From contig JAIXYV010000106.1 in assembly GCA_027490055.1 (NCBI GenBank), positions 30,802 to 94,801 of the forward strand: a stretch of DNA of 64,000 bases. The letters are read 5' to 3'. Under the pieces are notes generated by a model that saw nothing but the letters and a program-made list of their open reading frames with translations, did not search any database and was not told the origin of the DNA. Positions 49,336 through 58,966 of this stretch are shown here, piece after piece (position 1 is the first letter of the stretch; each line of letters opens with the position of its first letter). Both the position numbers and the translations under genes were made by a program. This DNA is from Bacteroidota bacterium. Lineage in GTDB: Bacteria > Bacteroidota > Bacteroidia > NS11-12g > UBA955.

Positions 49336-50209
49336 AGTAGCACTGAGTAAATTTTTAGTTTTACTCAGTATGTTTTATACCGGGTCACAATTGACAGCCC
49401 AGGCAGACGGTATTTTATGGAAAGTAAGTGGCAACGGACTAAGCAAACCAAGTTATATTTTCGGAACCATTCATTTATATTGTAATCCAGAGAACTTATT
49501 AACTCAGCCTTTGGTTGATGCAGCAAAAGCTTCTGATGTGGTTGCCATGGAGCTTAATCTGAATGATTACAACACCTTAGTTGCTATTTATACATCGAGC
49601 ATGGCTCCGGTTAAAAAACCGTTAAGCGAGATGCTCACCAAAGCGCAGTATAAAACGGTAGATAGTGCAATTAGAGTGGTCTTAAAAGATTCTATATCTA
49701 CCTATAATGCTAAATCACCTATCGCCATGATGGGGTATTTATACGGCAGCAATGATGTAATGGGTTGTGCCCAGCCTATGCCAGTGGATTTTTCTATTGC
49801 TCAGTTAGCCAAACAATTAGGAAAAGAAACCTATGGGTTGGAAAGTTTCGAGTTTCAGGATAGTGTTTTGAAAGCCATTCCAGACAGTATACAGGTAAAA
49901 TGGTTAATGGATTTTTGTGGCAATATGGGTAAATCTAAAAAAGAGTTCGGAGATTTTATCAGTAGTTATGATGCACAATTGAGTAACAAATTGTACGAGC
50001 TATCTGTAACGGTATCACCAGAGTTTGAGCTATACAAAGAATTGCTATTGACTGATCGCAATAATTCATGGGTGAATTTCCTGAAAGAGAACATGACATC
50101 TTACGCTATTTTCACTGCCGTTGGTGCAGGTCATTTAGGTGGAGATGATGGATTAATTGCACAATTGAAAAAGGCCGGATATACTTTAACACCTATATCC
50201 ATCAAATAA
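49322..50209 (+). CDS. TraB/GumN (Tiki-like) family protein
   Basis: LWKVSG..SYIFGTIH, GLES, DRN, AVGAGHL. Confidence 0.9.
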   Translation: MKAFKVALSKFLVLLSMFYTGSQLTAQADGILWKVSGNGLSKPSYIFGTIHLYCNPENLLTQPLVDAAKASDVVAMELNLNDYNTLVAIYTSSMAPVKKPLSEMLTKAQYKTVDSAIRVVLKDSISTYNAKSPIAMMGYLYGSNDVMGCAQPMPVDFSIAQLAKQLGKETYGLESFEFQDSVLKAIPDSIQVKWLMDFCGNMGKSKKEFGDFISSYDAQLSNKLYELSVTVSPEFELYKELLLTDRNNSWVNFLKENMTSYAIFTAVGAGHLGGDDGLIAQLKKAGYTLTPISIK

Positions 50210-50219
50210 TATTTCGAAT

Positions 50220-50876
50220 ATGATGAAAGTTTTAAGATTTTATATTTTATACAGACTGTATGTAGCTGTAGCATTAGTAGTAGGCGGAGTTTTGTCGCAT
50301 GTTTATGGCGATCCTATTCTCGCATGGATATTATATATTCTGGCCTTCTTTTCCATTTTGCTGCACTTTCTAATTGGTCCGATGCGTCTGGTTAAAGATT
50401 CTGTTGAAAGTGGCAATGTTGAAGAGGCAGTAGAATTAATTAATAAAGTAAAATATCCTAAATTACTGGTTAAGCCAATTCGTTCGGCATATTACATGTT
50501 GCAGAGTACATTAAATCTGGCTACCAACGATTTAAGCAGTGCGGAGAACAATATCAGAAAGTCTTTAAGTACAACTTCATCATTAACTGGTGATATGCGT
50601 GGTACTAACCTTATGCAGCTCGGTTTTATTCAGCTTAGACAGGGTAAGACAAAAGAAGGCAGAGCTAATTTACTGGAAGCAGTAAAAGCAGGTATACCAG
50701 ACAAAGAAAGTTTAGCCAGTGTGTATTTACAATTGTGTTCTATCGAGATTCAAAGACAGCAGAACAGAGCAGGTAAAGCGTATTTCAAGAAAGCGAAGGA
50801 TTTAAATCCTAAGAACAAAGAGGTAGCTGATCAGATCAGAATGATGGAAAAAACCATTAGTCGTTTACCTGGATAA
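50220..50876 (+). CDS. Membrane-anchored TPR-like protein
   Basis: Two N-terminal TM segments followed by helical repeats (YFKKAKDLNP). Confidence 0.65.
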   Translation: MMKVLRFYILYRLYVAVALVVGGVLSHVYGDPILAWILYILAFFSILLHFLIGPMRLVKDSVESGNVEEAVELINKVKYPKLLVKPIRSAYYMLQSTLNLATNDLSSAENNIRKSLSTTSSLTGDMRGTNLMQLGFIQLRQGKTKEGRANLLEAVKAGIPDKESLASVYLQLCSIEIQRQQNRAGKAYFKKAKDLNPKNKEVADQIRMMEKTISRLPG

Positions 50877-50905
50877 AAAAAAGCAGTCCTTGCAGACTGC
50901 CTTTT
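50875..50905. terminator. Bidirectional terminator between convergent genes
   Basis: A tract, GCAGTC...GACTGC, T tract. Confidence 0.75.
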
Positions 50906-50932
50906 AGATTGTTATTATAAAAATTCACTAAA

Positions 50933-51868
50933 TCAGATTCCGAACAGGCAGACACCGAAAGAGAAGAGGTGCTGACCTGGGTTTTGCCCCTGAGCATAGG
51001 CCGAATTGGCGAACATGTCAGTAAGGCTATATTTGGCATACAGAGCGATATTATCAAGACCAACACGCACAACAGCGTTCATTTGAGTATCATTGATTTT
51101 AATATCCGTATCATTTTTTTGCTTGAATTCGAGAGAGTTTCTATCGCCTTTGAGAACCACTTTACTTCGGCCGTTAAAACCAAATTCTACACCAGCAGCA
51201 AGGCTAAACTTATCGTTTTTACCATGGAATTCGAGCATAACAGGAACGGTTAAATAACGAACATCCAGGCGGTTTTTATCATAGTTATTGATACTGTCAT
51301 TATAAGCATTGAGGTGTCCATTGTTATCAATGTATTGTACCTGTTGTTTGTTCGAATATTTCAGGTAGTAGTTATTAATATGCAGGCCATAACTCAAAAG
51401 AACCTGATTGTTGTAGAGGTTCATATCCTGGCGTATGATACCGATATTGATGTTGGCGCTTTTTCGCAGCTCTGGTTTAAATGAAACACCACCGGCATTG
51501 TCATTCATAGTGCTTGCAAATCCGATATCAAAACTTGGTAAAAATGACGTTTCGATGAAGTGAGATCTTTCTTCTTTATTATTGGATTTAACATGAAAGA
51601 CTTTCTTACCGCTGGAGTCCTCTTTACTGATAGTGGTGTTATCAGACAATCTGATATCATCTGTATAACTCACTTTCACTACAATTTTCTTCTTGTTAAG
51701 AGAGTCTTTGAATTTAACTGTGGTAGTGCTTTCGTCGCCAAGAGGCATAACGGCAACTGTCTTGTTTTTGTAGGTGATTTTAACGCTGTCTGAACTTGAT
51801 TGTGCTTTAGCTAGCAGGCCTGAGCAAGCGATCAGTAAGGTGGTGATTATGAATTGAATTGTTTTCAT
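50933..51868 (-). CDS. Outer-membrane beta-barrel protein with N-terminal extension
   Basis: Signal peptide, YLTVPVMLE strand motif, C-terminal FSFGVCLF. Confidence 0.75.
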   Translation of the reverse strand: MKTIQFIITTLLIACSGLLAKAQSSSDSVKITYKNKTVAVMPLGDESTTTVKFKDSLNKKKIVVKVSYTDDIRLSDNTTISKEDSSGKKVFHVKSNNKEERSHFIETSFLPSFDIGFASTMNDNAGGVSFKPELRKSANINIGIIRQDMNLYNNQVLLSYGLHINNYYLKYSNKQQVQYIDNNGHLNAYNDSINNYDKNRLDVRYLTVPVMLEFHGKNDKFSLAAGVEFGFNGRSKVVLKGDRNSLEFKQKNDTDIKINDTQMNAVVRVGLDNIALYAKYSLTDMFANSAYAQGQNPGQHLFSFGVCLFGI

Positions 51869-51886
51869 GATGATTAATAGGTGGTA

Positions 51887-52675
51887 TTAAAATCCTGCGA
51901 TGATTTGATATTTTCTGTTTTCAATGATGATTTTTTTGGAGGTTCTGGTGGTAGAATCGTTTTCGATTTTAATGCGTGAGCCACCAGTAATTCTGGAAAA
52001 GAGAGAGGTTTTTTCTGCCTGAATAGAGGTTTTGGTATTTGGTTCATTTTCGATACTTACCAGGATGGTTTCAGAGATCGGAGCAATTGGTTTAATTTCT
52101 GGCGATGACTTTTCTGGCAGGGTTTGATTAACCAATTTCTGATTGATTGGTGGATCAATGACTATTGGATCGATCTCTTGAGGAAGATGTGTTTCTGGTG
52201 AAACTTGTTCAGGTATTTCGAGGTTTTTGTGGGCAATAAATCGCACTTTTTCTTTGAGTGGCACAACGGTGTCTTCTGGTGATTTAAATGGGGTATTGAC
52301 TGAATTAGGTTGTAGCGCAGGTGTTTGAATGACAGGTTTTTTGCCAACAGGTTTGGTATCTGCAAATGATTTGTCTGAGCCAGATTGATTGAGCAGTATA
52401 GCGGTACCAATACTTAGAACCAGGGCAGCAGCAGCAGCATATCTAAAATGGATGGGAATGATACGGGCCGTTTTCTTTTTAAGAGGAGCCAGGTTCAAAG
52501 GCGCTTCATCCTGATCTGGAGTCAGAACTGTTTTTTGCCAGGCCATCCATAATTTACTATACGCTTCATCGGCATGAATTGCTTCGAGTAATCGTTCTCT
52601 TTCCGTTCCGGTGATTTCACCTTCGAGGAGCTGAAACAGAATTTCATCAATATTGTTGTCGTTGATCGGTTTCAT
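51887..52675 (-). CDS. Putative anti-sigma factor (single TM)
   Basis: N-terminal LEGE domain, YAAAAALV TM, Pro-rich linker; ATGA-coupled to the ECF gene. Confidence 0.7.
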   Translation of the reverse strand: MKPINDNNIDEILFQLLEGEITGTERERLLEAIHADEAYSKLWMAWQKTVLTPDQDEAPLNLAPLKKKTARIIPIHFRYAAAAALVLSIGTAILLNQSGSDKSFADTKPVGKKPVIQTPALQPNSVNTPFKSPEDTVVPLKEKVRFIAHKNLEIPEQVSPETHLPQEIDPIVIDPPINQKLVNQTLPEKSSPEIKPIAPISETILVSIENEPNTKTSIQAEKTSLFSRITGGSRIKIENDSTTRTSKKIIIENRKYQIIAGF

Positions 52676-53154
52676 ATAATATTTTCTATACTAACGAGGT
52701 AATTTTTTAAGGTTTGTCTTGCTCTGAAGATGTATACTTTCACTTGCGATTCATTGAGTCCGGTAATATTGCCTATTTCAGCATAATCGTAGCCTTCGTA
52801 ATCGCGGAGCATAATAACAGAGCGTTGAATTTCTGGTAGCTTCTGAATGGCCGAATTCAGGATACTTTTAAGATCCGGCTGAGCGGCTTCTTTTCCTTTT
52901 TCGCGGTATGATTCAGGCATTTCTACCATTTTCTTTTCTCTGCGTATTCCATCAATCATTTTTCTGTAAGCGGTGGTAAAGAGCCATGACTTGCATTTTT
53001 CGAATTCCACCTTTTTCAGATTGAGCCAGAGGCTTTCAAAAGTGTCTTGCACAATGTTTTCTGCATCTTCTCTAACGTTCAGATTTTTTTTTATAAACCT
53101 GAACAGGGCAGAAGCATGCAAATCAACGGATGTGTTGTACTCTTTTTCTGTCAT
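52672..53154 (-). CDS. ECF RNA polymerase sigma factor
   Basis: AENIVQDTF, KSWLF, LPEIQR, EGYDYAEI, VKVYIFRAR. Confidence 0.95.
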   Translation of the reverse strand: MTEKEYNTSVDLHASALFRFIKKNLNVREDAENIVQDTFESLWLNLKKVEFEKCKSWLFTTAYRKMIDGIRREKKMVEMPESYREKGKEAAQPDLKSILNSAIQKLPEIQRSVIMLRDYEGYDYAEIGNITGLNESQVKVYIFRARQTLKNYLVSIENII

Positions 53155-53167
53155 CTGTTATGTTTGA

Positions 53168-53194
53168 AACGAAGAATACAAAGATATAGTTACA
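53168..53194 (-). promoter_or_regulatory. Putative ECF autoregulatory promoter with nested housekeeping -7 element
   Basis: Minus strand TGTAAC-N17-CGTT with TATCTTTG inside the spacer. Confidence 0.55.
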
Positions 53195-53208
53195 GGGTAT
53201 GCAAAAAA

Positions 53209-53862
53209 TTATTTAAAGCCCCATAGCAGAACGGCTTTCTTATTGTTTTGCAGGATACTATCAATCTTTGTCATCCCTGAATTAGAGAAGGCAGGACAGC
53301 CCCAACCTTCGGGGGTGCCATTGGGATAAACTTCGTGGTCTGTTACATCGCCCCAGCCATGCATGACGATGGTCCGCTTAAGCGCATTAGAATTTGATGA
53401 CTCCAGTCCGTGCAGTATATATTTCACATTAATACCCCATGAGCTGTAGCCTCTGGCGCCAATTTTAAATTTTCCTAAAGAGCTACGGTGACTTTCGAAA
53501 TCGTTGCTGAATTCCGGGTTGTTTTTACTGTAGTCCCAACCCCAGGGCATGTCGCCGCAACCATGACTTACAAGCAGGCTATCGGTGATAGAGTCTTTTT
53601 GAAGATCAACCAAAAAGGCCCGCTTTTTTCCGGAGTGAATACTGTAATCAATAAAAATAGCAAAGCAGGTATCCATTTTGTTTTTCCGGCAATAGCGCAA
53701 GGCTTCAGAGATTTTTGAAGCATAGGATTTGACGGGTATGCTATCTGTTTTGTCCGTTAAGAAAGCAATCTTTGAAAGTGGTCCGTGAGAGGACGCGAAT
53801 CTGAAAGACCCTAAAAATATTAAGGTGCATAGTATTAGAAGGACTAAAATCAGTCGGTACAT
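53209..53862 (-). CDS. Murein L,D-transpeptidase catalytic-domain family protein (YkuD-like)
   Basis: IDYSIHSGKKR, VSHG, SSLG, LHGLE, MHGW...GWGCPA. Confidence 0.82.
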   Translation of the reverse strand: MYRLILVLLILCTLIFLGSFRFASSHGPLSKIAFLTDKTDSIPVKSYASKISEALRYCRKNKMDTCFAIFIDYSIHSGKKRAFLVDLQKDSITDSLLVSHGCGDMPWGWDYSKNNPEFSNDFESHRSSLGKFKIGARGYSSWGINVKYILHGLESSNSNALKRTIVMHGWGDVTDHEVYPNGTPEGWGCPAFSNSGMTKIDSILQNNKKAVLLWGFK

Positions 53863-54009
53863 TTTTTAGACATGAACTTAAATATTGCTCATTTATTGTC
53901 ATACATCTGTCAATTTCGATAGAAATCCTACAGATATGCGCCATTCATCTAATAAGTCAGCAAAGAATTGATTTTAAATCTATCATTGTTAAAACAATTA
54001 AATACTAAT

Positions 54010-54387
54010 ATGACACTTTCTACTACCATTCTAAGAACCGGAACAGGTTTGTTACTGATGTTTGTATTGATTTTCAGCGCCTGTTCAAAAGAAGAAACCA
54101 CTACCACAACTCCAGCAGTTGTAACCAAATCACTTAACAAGGGAACACTCACGCCAAAGAAATGGTATAGTGAGGGCAGTTCTGTCATTCACGATTTTAA
54201 AGCCAATGGTGCATACAATGTATCAGGCTCATGGGCCTGGGTAAAGACCAGCGACACCATGCAGATTGTGACGCAATCAGGTTTTCCGGCAGTTTACTGG
54301 AAAATTTACTGGAACACAGAAACAGAAATGAGTGCAGAGCGCGTCGATCAGAAAGTGAAAATGTTGTTCAAGGACAAGGCCTGGTAA
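54010..54387 (+). CDS. Small lipoprotein, paralog A
   Basis: FSAC lipobox, C-S-K-E-E; WY..G.S.IH.FK.NG motif shared with paralog B. Confidence 0.75.
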   Translation: MTLSTTILRTGTGLLLMFVLIFSACSKEETTTTTPAVVTKSLNKGTLTPKKWYSEGSSVIHDFKANGAYNVSGSWAWVKTSDTMQIVTQSGFPAVYWKIYWNTETEMSAERVDQKVKMLFKDKAW

Positions 54388-54503
54388 GATTTTCATCTTG
54401 TCTGTGCAAAAAGCAGACAGTGATGTGGAAATTATTCTACTAAATATTTGAATAGTCAAAATGTAACCTATACTTTTGACGATTAACAATATATAATTTC
54501 CAT

Positions 54504-54857
54504 ATGAGTAAAATTTTTTCCATTTCAATGCTTGCATTGGCATTAGTAAGCACATTTACTGCTTGTAAAAAAGACGATGATTCATCATCAGCAAAAACCC
54601 TTAACAAAACAACCTTAACCAACAATACCACCTGGTACAACCAAGGCGGTTCTATTATTCACATTTTCAAATCCAATGGTGTGTATTCTAACTCAGGCAC
54701 CTGGGCTTGGAAGAACGGATCGGACACTATGGAGATTGCTACAGTTGCAGGAGGTGCAAAAACCTACTGGAAAATTTACTGGAATACCTCTACGGAGATG
54801 AGCTGCCAGAGAGTTAATACCAGCTCTGCAGAGCTATATAAAAGTCAGCTTTGGTAA
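54504..54857 (+). CDS. Small lipoprotein, paralog B
   Basis: FTAC lipobox, C-K-K-D-D-D; YWKIYWNT.TEMS shared with paralog A. Confidence 0.78.
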   Translation: MSKIFSISMLALALVSTFTACKKDDDSSSAKTLNKTTLTNNTTWYNQGGSIIHIFKSNGVYSNSGTWAWKNGSDTMEIATVAGGAKTYWKIYWNTSTEMSCQRVNTSSAELYKSQLW

Positions 54858-54872
54858 GACATTTCAATTGAT

Positions 54873-54906
54873 AAAAAAAGCCGGAGCGTTTGTTCCGGCT
54901 TTTTTT
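54873..54906 (+). terminator. Rho-independent terminator
   Basis: A7-GCCGGA...TCCGGC-T7. Confidence 0.85.
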
Positions 54907-54987
54907 ATTCCATCAAAGTGGAAAGTATGTCGAATCAGTTCAAAATATGTGCATTGGTTTAGCTTTAAAAAAGTATAATTTTGAAGC

Positions 54988-55785
54988 ATGTCAAATCAGT
55001 ATGAAATATTTCTGGAACATGTGTACCGCAATGGTCTGATGAAGAGCGACAGAACAGGTACCGGCACTAAGAGTGTTTTCGGTTATCAGATGCGATTTGA
55101 TTTGAACGAAGGATTTCCGTTAGTAACTACTAAAAAGGTCCATTTAAAGTCGATTATTCACGAACTATTATGGTTTTTGAAGGGTGAGACCAATATTGCC
55201 TATTTAAAAGAAAATGGCGTAAGCATCTGGGACGAGTGGGCTGATGCAGACGGTAATCTTGGTCCGGTTTACGGCAAACAGTGGCGCTCCTGGTCGGGAC
55301 CAGACGGCAAGGTCATAGACCAGATTACAGAAGTTGTTGAAACTCTAAAAAAGAATCCGGATAGCAGACGCATGATAGTTTCTGCCTGGAATCCATCAGA
55401 CTTACCACATATGGCATTGGCTCCTTGTCATTGTTTATTTCAGTTTTATGTCGCTGATGGTAAACTATCTTGCCAGTTATACCAGCGCAGTGCCGATATT
55501 TTCCTGGGAGTTCCTTTTAACATTGCCTCATACGCCTTACTAACGATGATGCTGGCCCAGGTTTGCGGATTAGGCTATGGTGATTTTGTTCATACCTTTG
55601 GCGATGCTCATATTTACACCAACCATTTCGAGCAGGTAGAACTACAATTAAGCAGAGAGGTAAGAACCTACCCTAAGATGCTTATTAATCCTGATATTAA
55701 GTCTGTGTTTGATTTCAAATATGAAGATTTCAAACTAGAAGCATACGATCCACATCCTGCCATTAAAGCACCAGTTGCAGTTTAA
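54988..55785 (+). CDS. thyA: Thymidylate synthase
   Basis: DRTGTGT, ELLWFL, PDSRR, LAPCH, YQRSAD, GDAHIY; TAATTTTG promoter at 54976-54983. Confidence 0.98.
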   Translation: MSNQYEIFLEHVYRNGLMKSDRTGTGTKSVFGYQMRFDLNEGFPLVTTKKVHLKSIIHELLWFLKGETNIAYLKENGVSIWDEWADADGNLGPVYGKQWRSWSGPDGKVIDQITEVVETLKKNPDSRRMIVSAWNPSDLPHMALAPCHCLFQFYVADGKLSCQLYQRSADIFLGVPFNIASYALLTMMLAQVCGLGYGDFVHTFGDAHIYTNHFEQVELQLSREVRTYPKMLINPDIKSVFDFKYEDFKLEAYDPHPAIKAPVAV

Positions 55786-55796
55786 CCCTCACGACA

Positions 55797-56675
55797 TTGA
55801 ATCCAGAAAAAAAATACAAAAAAAGAACCTCCTTTTGGCCGACTATCATTAGCATGTCGCTGGTTTTATTTATAGTTGGTTTACTAGGTGTTATTTCTAT
55901 TTATGCCAAACACATGGCAGAGTTTTATCAAGGTAATTTTGAAGTCTTTGTATACTACACCGACACTACAGGAACAGAGGGTGCAAAGAAGACCGAGCAA
56001 TTGATAAAAACCAGAAACTATGTTAACAGCACCGTATTTATCGATCGTGAAATAGCAGCCAGAAAAGAGATTGCAAAAACAGGCAATGACTTCATCAAGA
56101 CACTGGGTTACAATCCAATTCCACATACTTTACAAATCAATATTAAGCCTGAATTTGCAGAAGAGGGGAAGCTCGATTTAATTGAAAGCCAGTTACGCCT
56201 GCTTCCCAATGTTGACGATGTTAACTATGCCAAAGACGATCTTGGCAAAAATATCCTGGCTCAAATCAATCAGAACTTTAGAACTGTAGAAATAATATTA
56301 CTGACAATAGCCGGAATTTTACTGATGATAAGTTTGGCACTCATTAACAGCACTGTTCGTATCAACATGTTTGCCCGTCGTTTTCTAATTAAGAGCATGC
56401 AGTATGTAGGGGCCTCTGACTGGTTTATTATCCGTCCATTTTTAGGCATGTATATCGTGTATGCTTGCATATCAGTGCTTATATCATTGGGGATGTTGTT
56501 TGGCATCATTTATCTGGCAGAAACACATCTTAATCAAAATAACTGGCAATTATTTTTACCGAAGTATTTACTATTAGCAGGATTTTTATTAGTTTTGGCG
56601 GTAGTAATATCTGTGGTGAGTGTTTATTTCTCTACCAGAAGGTATTTAAAATTAAAAATAGATCAACTTTACTAA
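55797..56675 (+). CDS. ftsX: Cell-division permease FtsX
   Basis: LGYNP, INSTVRI, IKSMQYVGA..FI.RPF; 4 TM; TTG start. Confidence 0.85.
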   Translation: MNPEKKYKKRTSFWPTIISMSLVLFIVGLLGVISIYAKHMAEFYQGNFEVFVYYTDTTGTEGAKKTEQLIKTRNYVNSTVFIDREIAARKEIAKTGNDFIKTLGYNPIPHTLQINIKPEFAEEGKLDLIESQLRLLPNVDDVNYAKDDLGKNILAQINQNFRTVEIILLTIAGILLMISLALINSTVRINMFARRFLIKSMQYVGASDWFIIRPFLGMYIVYACISVLISLGMLFGIIYLAETHLNQNNWQLFLPKYLLLAGFLLVLAVVISVVSVYFSTRRYLKLKIDQLY

Positions 56676-56685
56676 ATCAAATTGT

Positions 56686-56964
56686 ATGGCAGCGCCTCAA
56701 AAAAATAAAGTATCAAAAACCGCAGAGAAGAAAGTGGTTAATCAGTTCATGGTTTTCAAGAAACAGAACTATATGTTATTGTTAGCTAGCTTAGCGGTTA
56801 TCGTTATTGGTTTTATCGTGATGGGCAGTGGTAAAGACAAACCATTTGATGATCCTACAAAAATTACTGTAGCGCCAATTATCGTCATATTAGGTTTTGC
56901 TTTAGGGGTATTTTCTATCCTATTCACACCTAAATCTAACGACAATCAGGAAGCAGGCAAGTGA
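56686..56964 (+). CDS. DUF3098-like small membrane protein
   Basis: FKKQNY, 2 TM, ITVAP; lies between ftsX and uppP. Confidence 0.75.
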   Translation: MAAPQKNKVSKTAEKKVVNQFMVFKKQNYMLLLASLAVIVIGFIVMGSGKDKPFDDPTKITVAPIIVILGFALGVFSILFTPKSNDNQEAGK

Positions 56965-57776
56965 GTCTTTTTGAAGCCATCATCGTTGCCATTATAGAAG
57001 GTCTAACCGAGTATCTTCCGGTATCTTCTACGGCTCATATGATTTTTACAAGCACATTATTCGGCAACGAAAAAGATGAGTTTGTAAAAATGTTTCAGGT
57101 ATCCATTCAATTTGGTGCCATTCTGGCTGTGGTTGTTGCCTATTGGCGTAAATTCTTCGACTTTTCCAATTTCCAGTTTTATTTAAAATTAGCTTTAGCA
57201 GTTATTCCAGCTTTGGTGCTTGGTTATCTGTTTGATGATGCTATAGAAGCCGTGCTCGAAAAACCAGTTCCTATTGCTATCGTAATGGTATGTGGCGGTG
57301 TTATTTTGCTATTAATTGACCGTTGGTTCAAAACACCAGTTATTAATGACGAGAAACAGATTCCAGTTAAATCTGCTGTTACAATTGGTTTTTGGCAGTG
57401 TCTTGCTATGATGCCAGGCGTTAGCAGATCGGCGGCCTCTATCATTGGAGGTATGCAACAAAAGTTGAGCAGAACCACTGCAGCAGAATTTTCTTTCTTT
57501 CTGGCCGTACCTACCATGTTAGCCGTTACTGCCTATTCGGTGTTTTTAAAAGACTGGAATTACAATGGCACTGAAATGAAAGGCATTGGTATGATTTTGA
57601 TTAATAACGACAATCTTAAGGTGTTTGTTATAGGTAATCTTGTAGCCTTTATTGTCGCATTATTAGCCATTAAAACCTTTGTCAGTTTTTTGAATAAATA
57701 CGGCTTTAAGCCATTCGCCTGGTACCGAATTCTTGTAGGTATCGTTTTACTGATTGTTTTTTACACTCAGAATTAA
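56961..57776 (+). CDS. uppP: Undecaprenyl-diphosphate phosphatase
   Basis: EGLTEYLPVSSTAH, PGVSRS, AAEFSFFLAVP; GTG start. Confidence 0.95.
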   Translation: MSLFEAIIVAIIEGLTEYLPVSSTAHMIFTSTLFGNEKDEFVKMFQVSIQFGAILAVVVAYWRKFFDFSNFQFYLKLALAVIPALVLGYLFDDAIEAVLEKPVPIAIVMVCGGVILLLIDRWFKTPVINDEKQIPVKSAVTIGFWQCLAMMPGVSRSAASIIGGMQQKLSRTTAAEFSFFLAVPTMLAVTAYSVFLKDWNYNGTEMKGIGMILINNDNLKVFVIGNLVAFIVALLAIKTFVSFLNKYGFKPFAWYRILVGIVLLIVFYTQN

Positions 57777-58834
57777 TCCACCCAGTCTGCTATAAACAAG
57801 TTGGTATCTCTGGTGCCACCGTTGTTTCTATTGCTGCTCCACACCAGTTTTTTACCGTTAGGACTGAACATAGGGAAGGCATTAAAATTGCTTTCATCGG
57901 TAATTTTTGTAAGGTTGCTACCATCGATGTCAATCATATACAACTGGAAGGCATAGCCTCTTGGTGAGGCGTGGTTACTTGAGAATATAATTTTCTTACC
58001 AGAAGGGTGGAAGAAAGGCGCCCAGTTGGCTTTGCCTAAACGCGTAATTTGACGCAAATTCTGGCCGTTAGTATCCACTACATAGATTTCCATATTGGTT
58101 GGCGCTACGAGGCCCTGAGACAGTAAATCTTTGTATTCTTTGATCTCTTCCTCAGTCTGTGGTCTGGAGGCTCTGAAGACTAATTGTTTTCCATCTGGAG
58201 AGAAGAAGGCACCGCCATCATAGCCTAAACCAAAGGTGATTTGTTTTAAACCGCTTCCGTCGATATTCATAGTGTACAATTCCAAATCACCAGTGCGGGT
58301 ACTTGTAAAAACTATTTTATCACCTTTAGGACTGACAGTAGCTTCGGCATCATATCCCATAGAATCGGTTAATTGTTTTATCACTTTTCCTTTAAGATCA
58401 GATACGAAAATATCAAACTCAGGATATACAGGCCATACATATTTAGCTTTCGGGTTGTATGGTGCTGTTGCCGGGCAGGTATCCATGTAATGATGGGTAC
58501 TGGCAAATAAGATAGATTTATCACCGGGCATGAAGTAAGAGCAGGTGGTGCGACCGCGACCAGTACTTATTAATTGAGCCTGATAAGTCTGCATTTGCTT
58601 AGCCGCTCTCTTGATGTTCATGTTATAAATCTGGTCACATTTTAAACCCCATTTAGGATTGTTGGTTTGGAAACTCAGAAATTTACCATCAAAGCTAAAA
58701 TACGCCTCTGCGTTGTCTCCACCGAAAGTGAGCTGTTGAATATTTTTTAAATGAACTTCTTTAGCAGTGTCTTTAGGTTGAGCAGTGACTAATAAAGGAA
58801 ATATTAGGAAGCAAAGGGACAGTGATTTAAACAT
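57773..58834 (-). CDS. TolB-like PD40 beta-propeller protein
   Basis: GGDNAEAYFS, YDAEATVSP, repeated FSPDG; signal peptide; TAACTTTG promoter at 58857-58864. Confidence 0.85.
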   Translation of the reverse strand: MFKSLSLCFLIFPLLVTAQPKDTAKEVHLKNIQQLTFGGDNAEAYFSFDGKFLSFQTNNPKWGLKCDQIYNMNIKRAAKQMQTYQAQLISTGRGRTTCSYFMPGDKSILFASTHHYMDTCPATAPYNPKAKYVWPVYPEFDIFVSDLKGKVIKQLTDSMGYDAEATVSPKGDKIVFTSTRTGDLELYTMNIDGSGLKQITFGLGYDGGAFFSPDGKQLVFRASRPQTEEEIKEYKDLLSQGLVAPTNMEIYVVDTNGQNLRQITRLGKANWAPFFHPSGKKIIFSSNHASPRGYAFQLYMIDIDGSNLTKITDESNFNAFPMFSPNGKKLVWSSNRNNGGTRDTNLFIADWVD

Positions 58835-58966
58835 TGATAGGTTAAAATTAATGTCGCAAAGTTATTACTATAGATGTAAATATCTCTAAAAACTTATTGA
58901 AAAATATTTGGTTAAACGATTGAATAACAATGTTTAACAATTTGTTCTATACCTTAATCAAGAAAA

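Noticed and set aside
58865..58966. Second DnaA-box cluster (datA/DARS-like), with AACAA motifs and the TGTTTAACA palindrome
   Set aside because: Matches are too degenerate for AT-rich DNA and lack the unwinding architecture; could be an ordinary operator
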